From the NCBI GenBank assembly GCA_023248155.1, contig JAHFFE010000003.1, forward strand, positions 212,159-276,158: DNA of 64,000 nt. Direction: 5' to 3'. The translations under genes were made by a program, and so were the position numbers. The notes under the pieces were generated by a model, which was not told the DNA's origin, did no database searches, and was given only the letters and a program-made list of their open reading frames with translations. Of the stretch, positions 18,901 to 27,707 are shown one piece after another (within the stretch, counting starts at the first letter, position 1; every line of letters starts with the position of its first letter). The DNA comes from Candidatus Omnitrophota bacterium. Its GTDB lineage: Bacteria > Omnitrophota > Gorgyraeia > 1-14-0-20-64-10.

Positions 18901-19024
18901 TCTTAAGAAGACTTTGCGGGTCCGGGATCGACGACGGTGGTTTGTTCAATGACGAAAGAGAACTCAAATGGGACTGCATGATCTGGAATATCCCCGGCGT
19001 TAAAATTGGTTTTAATGTTGTCAA
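15923..19024 (-). CDS. UvrD/PcrA-like helicase fused to a C-terminal PD-(D/E)XK (RecB/Cas4-like) nuclease domain with a Cys cluster
   Basis: Walker A LAGAGTGKTRV and UvrD motifs (DEFQDTN, VGDDDQAIY). The C-terminus has GFIDRIDPL...EIIDYKSGKPK...CKWCDFRTLC. The start is uncertain, because the TTG at 19024 and the ATG at 18979 both overlap the upstream lipoprotein gene. Confidence 0.8.
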   Translation of the reverse strand: MTTLKPILTPGIFQIMQSHLSSLSSLNKPPSSIPDPQSLLKSLNPEQQAAVCAPAGPLLILAGAGTGKTRVIAHRIAYRLASDPQLQPGQILAVTFSRRAAEEMRQRVDQLCDTAAESIQFFTFHGFCHSFLQDHAIRLGLPARFRLLDSTEAWIFFRSLLPELKLKHFWNLTDPTASIDGFLRFISRAKDELVFPAELLARSKQEQDSRDRSEAEEIARAYRIYQQRMHEAGFLDFGDLIVETIRALKERPALLQQMRQRFRLILVDEFQDTNVAQIELLKLVAGPQADLCVVGDDDQAIYRFRGASFSSFLLMKEAFPSLATVRLTQNYRSGPAILAASERLIRHNEPDRYDPQKKLWTDNKEMIPVQVEYCLDDLHETETALRIIRQRYQSQPEAERRWDRTAVLYRAHAHRDKLLQRLRREGIPFSVRGGFDLMEQPQIRDLTALLRVVDNPDDSVSLFRLLAHPVWGIAAEDLLAITRLARERKMQIYPLLKTIPGGLISAEAVQPVRQLLEEISQLRDCAARMEIDLLVNHIVSESFLKVIFRLPPTEQGNPWMLLGRFLRLVSRFVQTYPKAARLPDFLVYLDCLEKAPSSDLGSDEESDDARQDGVRLMTVHQAKGLEFDQVILLGMVQNRFPGRARSEAIPFPLDLMKESLPKGDYHLQEERRLCYVACTRAQRQLVLLTQDRSRYRPSVFLREMAAGAAAEEWKEFRASEPAAPSETTILESNPERTLLVQEREWLDLLDQLRQTGPAQIKDRQQLIGQIELFAKSVEPVLSPELPVKKPVPLPERLSFSQMETYRYCPLKYLYAYVYRIPVKSAPYMLFGTDLHDALEWFYQQRIEGNTPPREELAAHYEKLYETGRYGEAYVDAQYKKLGDEILQAYYRKHEKNWTTPLFLEKEFTLKIGEVAVHGFIDRIDPLPGGGVEIIDYKSGKPKEGATSEGQLQIRLYALAARDLFGLDPKQATFYYLRDQTALSFPQQAEDLDATRERVFELTQLIRSGNFDPIPSAIKCKWCDFRTLCPASKA

Positions 19025-19682
19025 TCAATAAGCGGACTGATTTAGCGTTTGGATGCGGGCGCGGAAACGCCACGTAGCCGTCGTAGGCGATCCCCGGATA
19101 AACAAATCCCGGCGCCAGGCGCGCCTGCTTAATCAAAAAATGCTGTTTGCGGCCGCCGCCTTCTCCAAACGCGCTGGCTACTTTCAAGGGAGCGCCGTAC
19201 GGTCCCGGCGCCATGTCGCCGGTAGTCCGCGCGAACGCCCACAGGTTCACGTCGGACTCCAACAGCGCCGAAATATTGTCGGGCGACAGCTCCGAGAACT
19301 GGATCCCGACACTGTCGATCAAAACAAAATTCTCCGGGTTGACCTGAATTTTTTTGTTTCCGGTGTTTTTGACTTTCGTGAAAAAAATCAGCGTTTGCTC
19401 AGGATAAGGATTTTTTCCGGCCAGTTTCCCGAAAATTTCTTTGTTGTTAAAAAACTTCTCCAATTCCGCGGCATTCGCATACCGCACGGTCACTTCAATT
19501 CCTTCCTTTGTCTGCGTCTCCGACGAGGGCTTAAGTCCGACGATTACTTTCATCCCTTCCGGCCGGCGCATTTCAATCTGTCCCTTGGGGCGTTCCAGGC
19601 TCGACAGCCGATTAGCGCAACCGGCCGTCGTCATAATTGAAACTGCCAGCAACACTCCTGTGGTTCTGGATAAGGTAATCAT
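18903..19682 (-). CDS. Lipoprotein of unknown function
   Basis: Lipobox LAVSIMTTAGC. An AAGGGGG RBS lies 10 nt upstream. Confidence 0.55.
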   Translation of the reverse strand: MITLSRTTGVLLAVSIMTTAGCANRLSSLERPKGQIEMRRPEGMKVIVGLKPSSETQTKEGIEVTVRYANAAELEKFFNNKEIFGKLAGKNPYPEQTLIFFTKVKNTGNKKIQVNPENFVLIDSVGIQFSELSPDNISALLESDVNLWAFARTTGDMAPGPYGAPLKVASAFGEGGGRKQHFLIKQARLAPGFVYPGIAYDGYVAFPRPHPNAKSVRLLIDNIKTNFNAGDIPDHAVPFEFSFVIEQTTVVDPGPAKSS

Positions 19683-19686
19683 TGGA

Positions 19687-20373
19687 TTATGCCCCCTTCA
19701 CATTCCGGCGTTGGATTGAAAAATTAAGAAAACCGGAGATGAACGAACAATCCGGACGGCGCCAATCTCCCGTCATCTGAAATTCAAACGGCTCCCAATT
19801 GGAACCCACCCCTTCGGACTCCGGCAGCCAGTGCATCGTTTCCAACAGCGGACGCGTCAGCGCGCCGTGCGCGCGGATCCAGCCGTTGGGTTGTCCGATG
19901 GCCTGGCCGAAAACAATTACACGCGCCACCGTGCCCGACAAAAAGAGTTCCAGCAGATCCACACGATCCGGATATAACCAGACCGTGGCTAAACCACGAA
20001 ACGACAAAGAACCCGGAGAAACCGGTGCCAAACCGGGCGCATCCGGAACAGCCAGCGAACCGACATCCAATTCCATTGCGCCGGACCGCCAATAAGTTTT
20101 CAAACCGCCGTGCCAGAGAGAAAGGACGGGACGGACCTCCACATGGAGAGCGCGTAATTTCCAGCCCTGGGGTGATTCGATTTCCAGACTATCCAGATAA
20201 ATAGCTTTCAGCGGAGCCCACCGCGCCGAAGCGACAGAAACCGACCAGTCGCTGGAACGCGTCTGACGCGCAATGACTCCACGCACGAGTCTGGTCACCG
20301 GCCACGGATAGGTTCCGGCCGCCATAACCGCCACAACAGCGATCACTGCCATAATCCAGCGTCTGCGGTTCAT
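19687..20373 (-). CDS. Hypothetical secreted or membrane-anchored protein
   Basis: N-terminal hydrophobic segment MNRRRWIMAVIAVVAVMAAG. Confidence 0.45.
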   Translation of the reverse strand: MNRRRWIMAVIAVVAVMAAGTYPWPVTRLVRGVIARQTRSSDWSVSVASARWAPLKAIYLDSLEIESPQGWKLRALHVEVRPVLSLWHGGLKTYWRSGAMELDVGSLAVPDAPGLAPVSPGSLSFRGLATVWLYPDRVDLLELFLSGTVARVIVFGQAIGQPNGWIRAHGALTRPLLETMHWLPESEGVGSNWEPFEFQMTGDWRRPDCSFISGFLNFSIQRRNVKGA

Positions 20374-21890
20374 CGCCGAATCTCACGAAGATTCATCTGT
20401 GCCGGGGAATCGGCCAGCGTCCGTTCCATAACACCTTGTTTAACCAGCGTCAAAAATGCATCGACCACTTCAGGATCAAATTGCGACTTCGCGTGTGAAC
20501 CGATCTCGGCGGCGGCCTGTTCCAGCGTCATCGCAGGACGGTATGGGCGTTCCGAAATCATCGCTTCCAGCGCATTGGCAACCGCCAATATCCTGGCACC
20601 CAGCGGAATCGCATCTTTCTTGAGTCCTTTCGGATAACCGGTGCCGTCATACCGTTCATGATGGTACAAAATAATCGGAACGGCCGGTTCCAGAATTTCC
20701 AGGGGCCCCAGCAGATGAACCATTCGTGCCGGATGCGCGCGCACCTGTTCAAATTCCTGATCGGTCAGCGATCCGCTTTTATGCAAGATCTCCGTCGGAA
20801 TCCCAAGCCGGCCCGCGTTATGAAGCATTGCCGCGTAATGCAGCGACCGCTGCTGCAGTTCCGGCAAACGCATTTGACGGGCGATCGCCAGCGCAACATC
20901 GGCCAGCACCTGCGTACTGGGCAGATGTGCGGCATCATTGTCCATTTTGTCCAAAATGGCGCTTAAGCTGCGGATCGTTCCCCAGGTAACCCGTTCCTGC
21001 GTTTCGTACAGCTGGGCGTTCCGGATCGCCACGACGGCCTGTTCGGCCAGCGTAGTCAAAATTTCATGATCCAAGACCGTAAACGGCTTTGAAGATCGGG
21101 CCCGCTCAACCGAAATTACGCCGATACTTTCCTCTTCCATCATCGGCACGGCAATTAGAAACGGTTCTAGGTGGCTTTTACATGAACCGGCAACCCGTCC
21201 GATGATGCCGGTACCGATCCGTGACGCACGCGCCGGCGTAAAACGGCCCCTCCCGATACGAACCTCCGCCTTGGGAATCATCTTCTGTTTGACAGGGTCG
21301 GTCAGCCAGATGGAACAGGCCTGCGCCCGCATCACCTGGCACGACAAACGGGCCACGCGCGGAATCAATTCTTCGGTGTTGAGCATGGAGCTGATCAGAC
21401 GGTGCACCGTATGAACGGTAGCAAGCGCCGCGCAGCGCGGCTGAAGTGTCTCGGATAATGTTTTTAATTCGTCGGTTTTTTCAAGTTCCCGTCCAACCGA
21501 AACCAGCGCCGATTGTGTCAGGGAAACCTGCCCCAGATCCGGTATTTTTCCTCGATTGCAAACAGCCCAATAACCGAGCAAATGCCCTTTCTGCTGGACC
21601 GGAAAAATAACGGCCTGTTTCTCGGCCGGACATTCAAACAAAACCGGTTGAAGTTCTTTTTTTGATTGTTCAAACCGGGCAAGAAACTGGCGCTGACAAG
21701 TGGCTCTGTTCCGGGATGATTGACGGACGAATGCGCAGGACCGGCAGGCATCGGTGTAATCGAGGCGCTGCGGATCCGGATTTGTGACCACCCAGCTGAT
21801 CGAGTCGGGAGCGTTCTGTTTCCAGGCCTTATCAATTCCCTCAACGCCCGGGTTCGACACCCATGCAGGAATCTCCGTCCGATCGGACAT
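20370..21890 (-). CDS. GAF-domain HD-GYP phosphodiesterase with a Cys-containing N-terminal region
   Basis: YHHERYDGTGYPKGL (GYP) and an HD motif. Two GAF-like segments. The N-terminus has CRSC...C...C. A GGAGG RBS is present. Confidence 0.8.
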   Translation of the reverse strand: MSDRTEIPAWVSNPGVEGIDKAWKQNAPDSISWVVTNPDPQRLDYTDACRSCAFVRQSSRNRATCQRQFLARFEQSKKELQPVLFECPAEKQAVIFPVQQKGHLLGYWAVCNRGKIPDLGQVSLTQSALVSVGRELEKTDELKTLSETLQPRCAALATVHTVHRLISSMLNTEELIPRVARLSCQVMRAQACSIWLTDPVKQKMIPKAEVRIGRGRFTPARASRIGTGIIGRVAGSCKSHLEPFLIAVPMMEEESIGVISVERARSSKPFTVLDHEILTTLAEQAVVAIRNAQLYETQERVTWGTIRSLSAILDKMDNDAAHLPSTQVLADVALAIARQMRLPELQQRSLHYAAMLHNAGRLGIPTEILHKSGSLTDQEFEQVRAHPARMVHLLGPLEILEPAVPIILYHHERYDGTGYPKGLKKDAIPLGARILAVANALEAMISERPYRPAMTLEQAAAEIGSHAKSQFDPEVVDAFLTLVKQGVMERTLADSPAQMNLREIRR

Positions 21891-21940
21891 ACTGTCCTCC
21901 CCTGGTTTCCGATTAATTATACCTTATAGAACCGGTCTAG

Positions 21941-23086
21941 TTAAAACGGAGCGGCACAGTGGAAAATACGCTGGTACGACTGAACGGCGAAACGGTCGGT
22001 CATTCCGGCGATGTAATCGCAAATAACGCGGTGAGGATCTTCGGTTTTCCGGCGCGCACGCACGGCCGGCGGCAATAGTGCCGGATTTTTCAGATAGGCC
22101 TTGAACAATCGCCGCACGATGCGCCTTCCCTGATCGGTAGTGCGGACCACTTTGGGATGATGATACAACCGCTGATGCAGAAAACGCTTTAACGGATCGC
22201 GCAGCCGGACCATTTCATCGCTAAAAGCGACGATCGGGACCGGAAGCCCCCGCACCGAATCCGGCGTGCGGACGCGCGTGCGTTTCAAACGCCGTTCGGA
22301 CTCCTCCAACAAATCGGTGACGCGCCAATCGATCAGCCGGCGGATGATCTGGACCCACCGCATTTTATCGGGCAAACCGGGAAAATCATGGGCCACCGCA
22401 TCGGAAGCGCTTCGGTAAAGCGGAATTTCCAGGAGTTCCGATTCTTTTAAAATTCCTGATTTTAATCCGTCGTCGAGATCGTGATGGTCATAAGCGATTT
22501 CATCGGAGACATCGACTACCTGCGCTTCCAGGCTTAACTGGCGGGATGGACTGCCGGAGGACTGCCCCGCAACCCGGACGCGGTGTTTATTAAGCCCCTC
22601 GCGGACTTCAAAGCTTAAGTTAAGGCCCGGAAACTCCGGATAGCGCTCTTCCAGAAAATCGACCAGCCGCAGCGTATGGAGGTTATGATCAAACCCGCCG
22701 AAATCACGCATCAGCTCGCGCAGCGCATCCTCGCCGGCATGGCCGAACGGACCGTGTCCCAAATCATGCGCCAGCGCGATGGAGCGGGTCAGATCGAAAT
22801 TCAGACGCAACGCGCGCGCGACCGTCTCGGCAATCTGCGCCGCTTCCAGCGAATGGGTCAGGCGGGTACGGTACGAAGAACCTTCGCGCGCGACGAAGAC
22901 CTGGGTTTTATATTCCAACCGGCGGAATGCCGTGCAATGGATGATGCGGTCATGATCGCGCTGAAAACAGGTGCGGTACGGATGCTCGGCTTCCGCGTAA
23001 ACGCGGCCGCGGGATCGCGCCGCATGCAGCGCATACGGAGCCAGCACTTTGTTTTCGATCGCTTCCCACTGTCGGCGGGTCAGCAT
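21941..23086 (-). CDS. dgt: dGTP triphosphohydrolase family protein (dGTPase-like HD hydrolase)
   Basis: HSLEAAQIAE...LAHDLGHGPFGHAGE is the HD motif. The length and a C-terminus ending in YIAGMTDRFA match the Dgt family. Confidence 0.8.
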   Translation of the reverse strand: MLTRRQWEAIENKVLAPYALHAARSRGRVYAEAEHPYRTCFQRDHDRIIHCTAFRRLEYKTQVFVAREGSSYRTRLTHSLEAAQIAETVARALRLNFDLTRSIALAHDLGHGPFGHAGEDALRELMRDFGGFDHNLHTLRLVDFLEERYPEFPGLNLSFEVREGLNKHRVRVAGQSSGSPSRQLSLEAQVVDVSDEIAYDHHDLDDGLKSGILKESELLEIPLYRSASDAVAHDFPGLPDKMRWVQIIRRLIDWRVTDLLEESERRLKRTRVRTPDSVRGLPVPIVAFSDEMVRLRDPLKRFLHQRLYHHPKVVRTTDQGRRIVRRLFKAYLKNPALLPPAVRARRKTEDPHRVICDYIAGMTDRFAVQSYQRIFHCAAPF

Positions 23087-23099
23087 CGGAAGAAGCCCG

Positions 23100-23597
23100 T
23101 TACCGCGCCCGCGAGGATGTCAGCAGCCGGTGCGCCGCTGCCAGCGACTGCGAAATTACTTTTACGCCGGGAATGACCGGCATGAAATTGGTATCGCCGG
23201 GCCAGCGCGGAACAATATGCAGATGAATATGCCCCGGAATACCGGCGCCTGCCACGCGCCCCATATTGATGCCGAGGTTGTATCCCTCCGGATGGAGCAC
23301 CTTGTCGATTTTCTGCATAGACCGGTTGGCCAGCGCAAACAGATCGGTCAGTTCGGCAGGAGTCAATGTATCGAGGCGCGCCAGATGGCGGTACGGAGTG
23401 ATTAATAAATGGCCGTTATTGTACGGATATTTGTTGAGCATCGAGAAACAGTGCGTGCTTTTCTCGACTACCAGATTGCGCGAATTGGGAGACTGTTTCC
23501 CTTTTTGGCAGAAAAGGCACCCTTTCGGCTCACCTTTGCGGGCCGACGCAATGTAATTCAACCGCCAGGGAGCCCATAACCGCTGCCGGTCCGTCAT
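23100..23597 (-). CDS. HIT-family (histidine triad) nucleotide hydrolase
   Basis: GHIHLHIVPRW is the HxHxHxx motif. The start ATG overlaps the ATPase stop as ATGA. Confidence 0.8.
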   Translation of the reverse strand: MTDRQRLWAPWRLNYIASARKGEPKGCLFCQKGKQSPNSRNLVVEKSTHCFSMLNKYPYNNGHLLITPYRHLARLDTLTPAELTDLFALANRSMQKIDKVLHPEGYNLGINMGRVAGAGIPGHIHLHIVPRWPGDTNFMPVIPGVKVISQSLAAAHRLLTSSRAR

Positions 23598-25324
23598 CCG
23601 GTCCGTCCCTCATCAGCACCGAACAGATCGCCGGCAACCGGCCGGTTCGCGGAAATTTCAGAAACAGAACGGAGCGATCCGCCGGAAAATTCGGCGGCAA
23701 CCGGAGCTGCCCATCTCGGAAGGCCGTACCAATCACACAATGAATCGAAAACAGAAAGATCCCATAATTTAATTTTCGCTTCCTGCAGCATTAAACGGGC
23801 GTTCAGATCAACAGGATGCGGTCCCAATACCAACTTATGCGCCGTTTTCCATTCGGCATGCGAACGAATCCGCTGAATCAGACGGCGCGCCGCCGTTTCG
23901 TCGAGCGATCCCGGGCAGGCGATCACAATCCAATCTTTCTGAACACCCCCGCTGCGCGCATGCAACGCCGTGGCTGAAACAAACGGCACCGGGTCTACTG
24001 ATCCAAACCGTGGCAACCGATGAACTCGGCCTTCAATTTCCAACCGTTCGCCGTTCCACTGGCGCAGAAGCCTAGCCGCCCATGCGCCGAGCGGCTGATC
24101 GGCCACTTCGCGCATTTGCAGCAGCCATCGCCAGACGCGATCCCGGAAATAAAGTTGTGCCTGCTCGGAACCGGCCAACCCCAACCCGTGCGACACCGGA
24201 TAAGCGGTCCGCATCCAGAGCGCAAACAAACGTTCCGGAATAAAATAAAAAACACCCTGATGCGCCAGCAAACCGGATTGCTCCAGCATTCCCAGCGCCC
24301 TCAGAACAATCTGCATCGGTTTATGAACCGTTTGAGCCAGCTGCGAAATTTTCTGCTTGCCTTCCGATACCGCCTGCAGCAGCTCAAAACAGAGAGGACG
24401 TTCGGGGCATTCGGGAATACTGCTTAGCCGTTCTTCATACTGCGCGGAAAGAACCGCCTGCGGATCAAGGAAAACCGCCTCGAGAAGATCAATCATGCAG
24501 GCATCGGGATTTTGAGACACTATGAGCCCGGGAATACGACGCAACGCCTCCATCAGAAAATAAAGACGGGACGGATGCCCCTGCGCCAGATCAATCAATA
24601 ACCGTTCGGTCAGCGGATGAAATTCTGTTCCAGGCGTCAGCTCGCGGAGTGCTTTCCGGCAGCTTTCCGCCGATAACGGCTTTAACTCCACCACTTCAAA
24701 CTGCCCGAATAACAGCGCCAACCCTTCGCGCAAAATGGCGCGCGCTTCATATAATTCCGAGGAACTAAGCAAAAAGAGCGTCGAGTTCTGCACCATCACG
24801 CGCTGGCCCAACAGGCGGAACGGCTGTTTGAACGGCATGCGGGAAAGACGGTGAAACTCATCGATCAGCAGCACCACGCGGCACCCGGTCTCTTCGTGAA
24901 ACAACGCCGGCAGATCCCAGATCAAACCAGCCATTGTTTCCCAGCGGGAACCTTCCGATAATTCAATAATTTTTTGCGCGCCGGTGGCGGTTTTTGGAAA
25001 AAAGCGGCGGGAGCTTTCCAGAATCTCAGTCCAGCTGGCTGGAAGCGATCCTTCCATACGCGTCTGAAGCGATCCATACAGAAATGATTGGACGAAACGG
25101 CGGGCCCATTCACGGAACGGTTCGTTTTCCTTTATCTCGGCATAGATTAAAACCATCTGTTCGGTCGCCGGAAATTCACGCTGAAGCCGGCGCAGCAGCG
25201 CCGTTTTTCCCATGCCGGGCTCTCCAAGCAACGAAAGGTTCTGCCGGTAGCCGGCGAGGAACCCCTGAATCCGTTTCCGGAACAGGGTCAGCGGCTCTTC
25301 GCGGTCAAACCAGATCGTTTTCAT
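23594..25324 (-). CDS. ATP-binding protein (archaeal-ATPase/AAA-like, PF01637-type) with an extended C-terminal region
   Basis: FDREEP...LLGEPGMGKTALLRRL is a P-loop. Walker B LLIDEFHRL. 576 aa. The start overlaps the M23 gene stop as ATGA. Confidence 0.65.
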   Translation of the reverse strand: MKTIWFDREEPLTLFRKRIQGFLAGYRQNLSLLGEPGMGKTALLRRLQREFPATEQMVLIYAEIKENEPFREWARRFVQSFLYGSLQTRMEGSLPASWTEILESSRRFFPKTATGAQKIIELSEGSRWETMAGLIWDLPALFHEETGCRVVLLIDEFHRLSRMPFKQPFRLLGQRVMVQNSTLFLLSSSELYEARAILREGLALLFGQFEVVELKPLSAESCRKALRELTPGTEFHPLTERLLIDLAQGHPSRLYFLMEALRRIPGLIVSQNPDACMIDLLEAVFLDPQAVLSAQYEERLSSIPECPERPLCFELLQAVSEGKQKISQLAQTVHKPMQIVLRALGMLEQSGLLAHQGVFYFIPERLFALWMRTAYPVSHGLGLAGSEQAQLYFRDRVWRWLLQMREVADQPLGAWAARLLRQWNGERLEIEGRVHRLPRFGSVDPVPFVSATALHARSGGVQKDWIVIACPGSLDETAARRLIQRIRSHAEWKTAHKLVLGPHPVDLNARLMLQEAKIKLWDLSVFDSLCDWYGLPRWAAPVAAEFSGGSLRSVSEISANRPVAGDLFGADEGRTG

Positions 25325-26049
25325 GGAAGATAGTAGAGAGGGTTTTGCGGTTTCTGACGGCGGCGGATTTCAAAATGAAGCGCCGGAACTTCGGTGCGGC
25401 CGGTTTTCCCGACGCGCGCGATCACCTGCCGCTGCGCCACGGAATCACCGGAGCGGACCAGTATCTGGTCAATGTAGGCATAGACGGTGGCAAACCCGCC
25501 GCCATGTTCAACAATGATCGTTTTTCCGAATCCGGGGAGCGCTTCGTGCACGAAGGAGACCCGGCCGCTGCGCGAAGCGCGCACATCGGACCCTCCGGGT
25601 GCCTGAATATCGACGCCTTTGTTCATATTCCCTTTTCGGCGCGATCCGAAAATGGAAATGACGCGGCCGTCCACCGGCCATACGAAATCACCGGAGTCGC
25701 CCGGAACCGGACCCACGGAACGCTCCGGGGGAAGATATCGGGAAGCCGGCTCGGAAGCAACCGGCGGGGATTCGCGCGGCGCCGGCGCGGCGGTTCCTGA
25801 ACGCGGAATCACAAGCCGCTGCCCTACTTCAATCTGCGAAGCGTCAGAAATCCGGTTCGCTTCCACCAGATCGGACAGTTCTATTCCATACTGGCGGGAG
25901 ATCGACCATAAGGTTTCGCCTTTAGCGACGATATGCCCGCCGCCTGAAGAAAACGACGGGCCGGAAGAGGGATAATTTGCCGGATAGGGCGTACAAGCGG
26001 AAAGAACCAACGCCATTAAAAGTAGAACAATTCCCTGCTGTTTCACCAT
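25321..26049 (-). CDS. LysM-domain M23 family metallopeptidase lipoprotein (NlpD-like)
   Basis: Lipobox LSAC. LysM (HIVAKGETLWSISRQYGIELSDLVEANRI). M23 core (GVDIQAPGGSDVRASRSGRV...HFEIR). Confidence 0.8.
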   Translation of the reverse strand: MVKQQGIVLLLMALVLSACTPYPANYPSSGPSFSSGGGHIVAKGETLWSISRQYGIELSDLVEANRISDASQIEVGQRLVIPRSGTAAPAPRESPPVASEPASRYLPPERSVGPVPGDSGDFVWPVDGRVISIFGSRRKGNMNKGVDIQAPGGSDVRASRSGRVSFVHEALPGFGKTIIVEHGGGFATVYAYIDQILVRSGDSVAQRQVIARVGKTGRTEVPALHFEIRRRQKPQNPLYYLP

Positions 26050-26075
26050 ATCCCCCTGTACGCAGTCGCCTCATT

Positions 26076-26149
26076 TGGAGCGGGTGGGGGGAATCGAACC
26101 CCCATAATCAGCTTGGGAAGCTGATGTTCTGCCACTGAACTACACCCGC
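26076..26149 (-). tRNA. tRNA-Gly (anticodon CCC)
   Basis: The reverse complement GCGGGTGTAGTTCAGTGGCAGAACATCAGCTTCCCAAGCTGATTATGGGGGTTCGATTCCCCCCACCCGCTCCA folds as a cloverleaf. The anticodon loop is TTCCCAA and the CCA end is encoded. Confidence 0.9.
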
Positions 26150-26166
26150 TAAAACTCCCTACTATT

Positions 26167-27069
26167 CTACAACCGAACAGGCCGCGACGACGACTGAAAA
26201 ACACGGCTGCGCCGCAGCAATTCCGCCTTGGTCAGATTGGTCATACGGGTCGGTCCAAAATCCTCGATCGTCATGGAAGCGGCCACCGAAGCATATTGAA
26301 TCGCCCGGCATAAATGCGCCCAGGACAACGACCGGTGCGACGCCAGATAGCCCATGCAGGTTCCGGCAAACGAATCCCCGGCCCCGGTCGGATCGACCAC
26401 CTGTGTGATCGGGTAACTCGGCAAAGAAAAGAAGGCATCTTTGGTTGCCGCGAGAACGCCGTGCTCCCCTTTTTTGACGATCGCCACCTTGGGTCCCATG
26501 CGTGCCAGCTGGCGGGTCGCCTGGACCAGCCCATGCTCGCCGGTCAACAAGCGCGTTTCGCTGTCGTTCAGAAAAATAATGTCCATCTTTTTGAGCAGGC
26601 CAAGAAACTGCTTGCGGTTATTCTTAATCCAATCGTCGCGCGAGTCGCAGGCCACAATCTTGGGCGATTTGAGTTGGCGCAAAACCTGCCACTGCAGCGT
26701 CGGATGAATATTGCCAAGGAATGCGTACGGCATCCGGGACTGTGCGGGAGTGAGCACCGGCTGAAATTCAAGAAAAACACCCAGATCCAGCTTCAGCGTT
26801 TCGGCCTGGTAATCGCGGTTGTACCGGCCTTTCCAGTAAAAAGTTTTTCCCGGTTTGTGGGTCAGGCCGCTGGCCAGTTTCTTCTTGGCAAGCAGCTGCG
26901 AATATTGTTTTGGGAAATCGGACCCGACGACGGCCACCATCACGGTATCGGTCCAGACACGGGACGCCAACGCCGCGTACGTGGCCGAACCGCCCAGCAC
27001 CTGATTGACTTTTCCCCACGGTGTTTCGATTGAATCAATCGCGACCGATCCGATAATCAGTAAACTCAT
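26167..27069 (-). CDS. PfkB-family carbohydrate/nucleoside kinase
   Basis: Ribokinase-like fold with the DPTGAGDSFAGT motif. Confidence 0.75.
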   Translation of the reverse strand: MSLLIIGSVAIDSIETPWGKVNQVLGGSATYAALASRVWTDTVMVAVVGSDFPKQYSQLLAKKKLASGLTHKPGKTFYWKGRYNRDYQAETLKLDLGVFLEFQPVLTPAQSRMPYAFLGNIHPTLQWQVLRQLKSPKIVACDSRDDWIKNNRKQFLGLLKKMDIIFLNDSETRLLTGEHGLVQATRQLARMGPKVAIVKKGEHGVLAATKDAFFSLPSYPITQVVDPTGAGDSFAGTCMGYLASHRSLSWAHLCRAIQYASVAASMTIEDFGPTRMTNLTKAELLRRSRVFQSSSRPVRL

Positions 27070-27707
27070 CCGGTTAATATCCCCTTTAATTGACGAGCCG
27101 CTGCTTCCGGATCGGAGGCAGCGGCAATGGCCCGCACGACAGCCGAGCGAGGTGCACCTGCTGATAATACCAAAGGCAGATTCTCAGGGTCAATGCCGCC
27201 GATCGCCACCCATGGAATTTTCAACGGCGATTCGGCGACCTGGCGCACCAGCTCCAGACCAACCGCCGCGTAATCCGGTTTGGTGGGCGTTGCGAAGACC
27301 GGACCGACGCCGATGTAATCGGCCCCTTCCGCTTCCGCCTGAATTGCTTCCGTCAGTGAATGGGTCGAGCGGCCGATCCAGATTGAGGGTCCCACCAGCG
27401 CGCGCGCCACGGCCACCGGAAGATCCTGATGGCCCAAATGAACGCCGTCGGCGCGAACCAGCATGGCCATCTCAACACGATCGTTCACGACGAACGCTTT
27501 CCCATGCCGGCGCGTCAGCGCGCGCAAAGTCCGCGCGGCCGCGTAATAATCGGAATCGGAAGCGGTCTTGTCGCGCCACTGAAGGATATCCACTCCGCCG
27601 CGCAGAGCCGCCTCGGCGACCGAAACAAAATCACGGTCTCCGATCGCGGAGCGGTCAAGAACCAGATAAAGACGAGAGCCGGCGAAAGAGGGTTTGCTCG
27701 AGGTCAT
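27066..27707 (-). CDS. thiE: Thiamine-phosphate synthase
   Basis: LYLVLD..., VDILQWRDK and IGVGPVFATPTK. The start is set at the internal MTSSKPSF. The upstream part of the ORF overlaps the 27655-28107 ORF. Confidence 0.8.
   Translation of the reverse strand: MTSSKPSFAGSRLYLVLDRSAIGDRDFVSVAEAALRGGVDILQWRDKTASDSDYYAAARTLRALTRRHGKAFVVNDRVEMAMLVRADGVHLGHQDLPVAVARALVGPSIWIGRSTHSLTEAIQAEAEGADYIGVGPVFATPTKPDYAAVGLELVRQVAESPLKIPWVAIGGIDPENLPLVLSAGAPRSAVVRAIAAASDPEAAARQLKGILTG

Noticed and set aside
24994-25800. 268-aa plus-strand ORF
   Set aside because: It is antisense to the ATPase and M23 genes. It has no motifs and an Arg/Gly-rich composition.
26314-27033. 239-aa plus-strand ORF
   Set aside because: It is antisense to the pfkB-family kinase. 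The same GC-rich antisense artefact.
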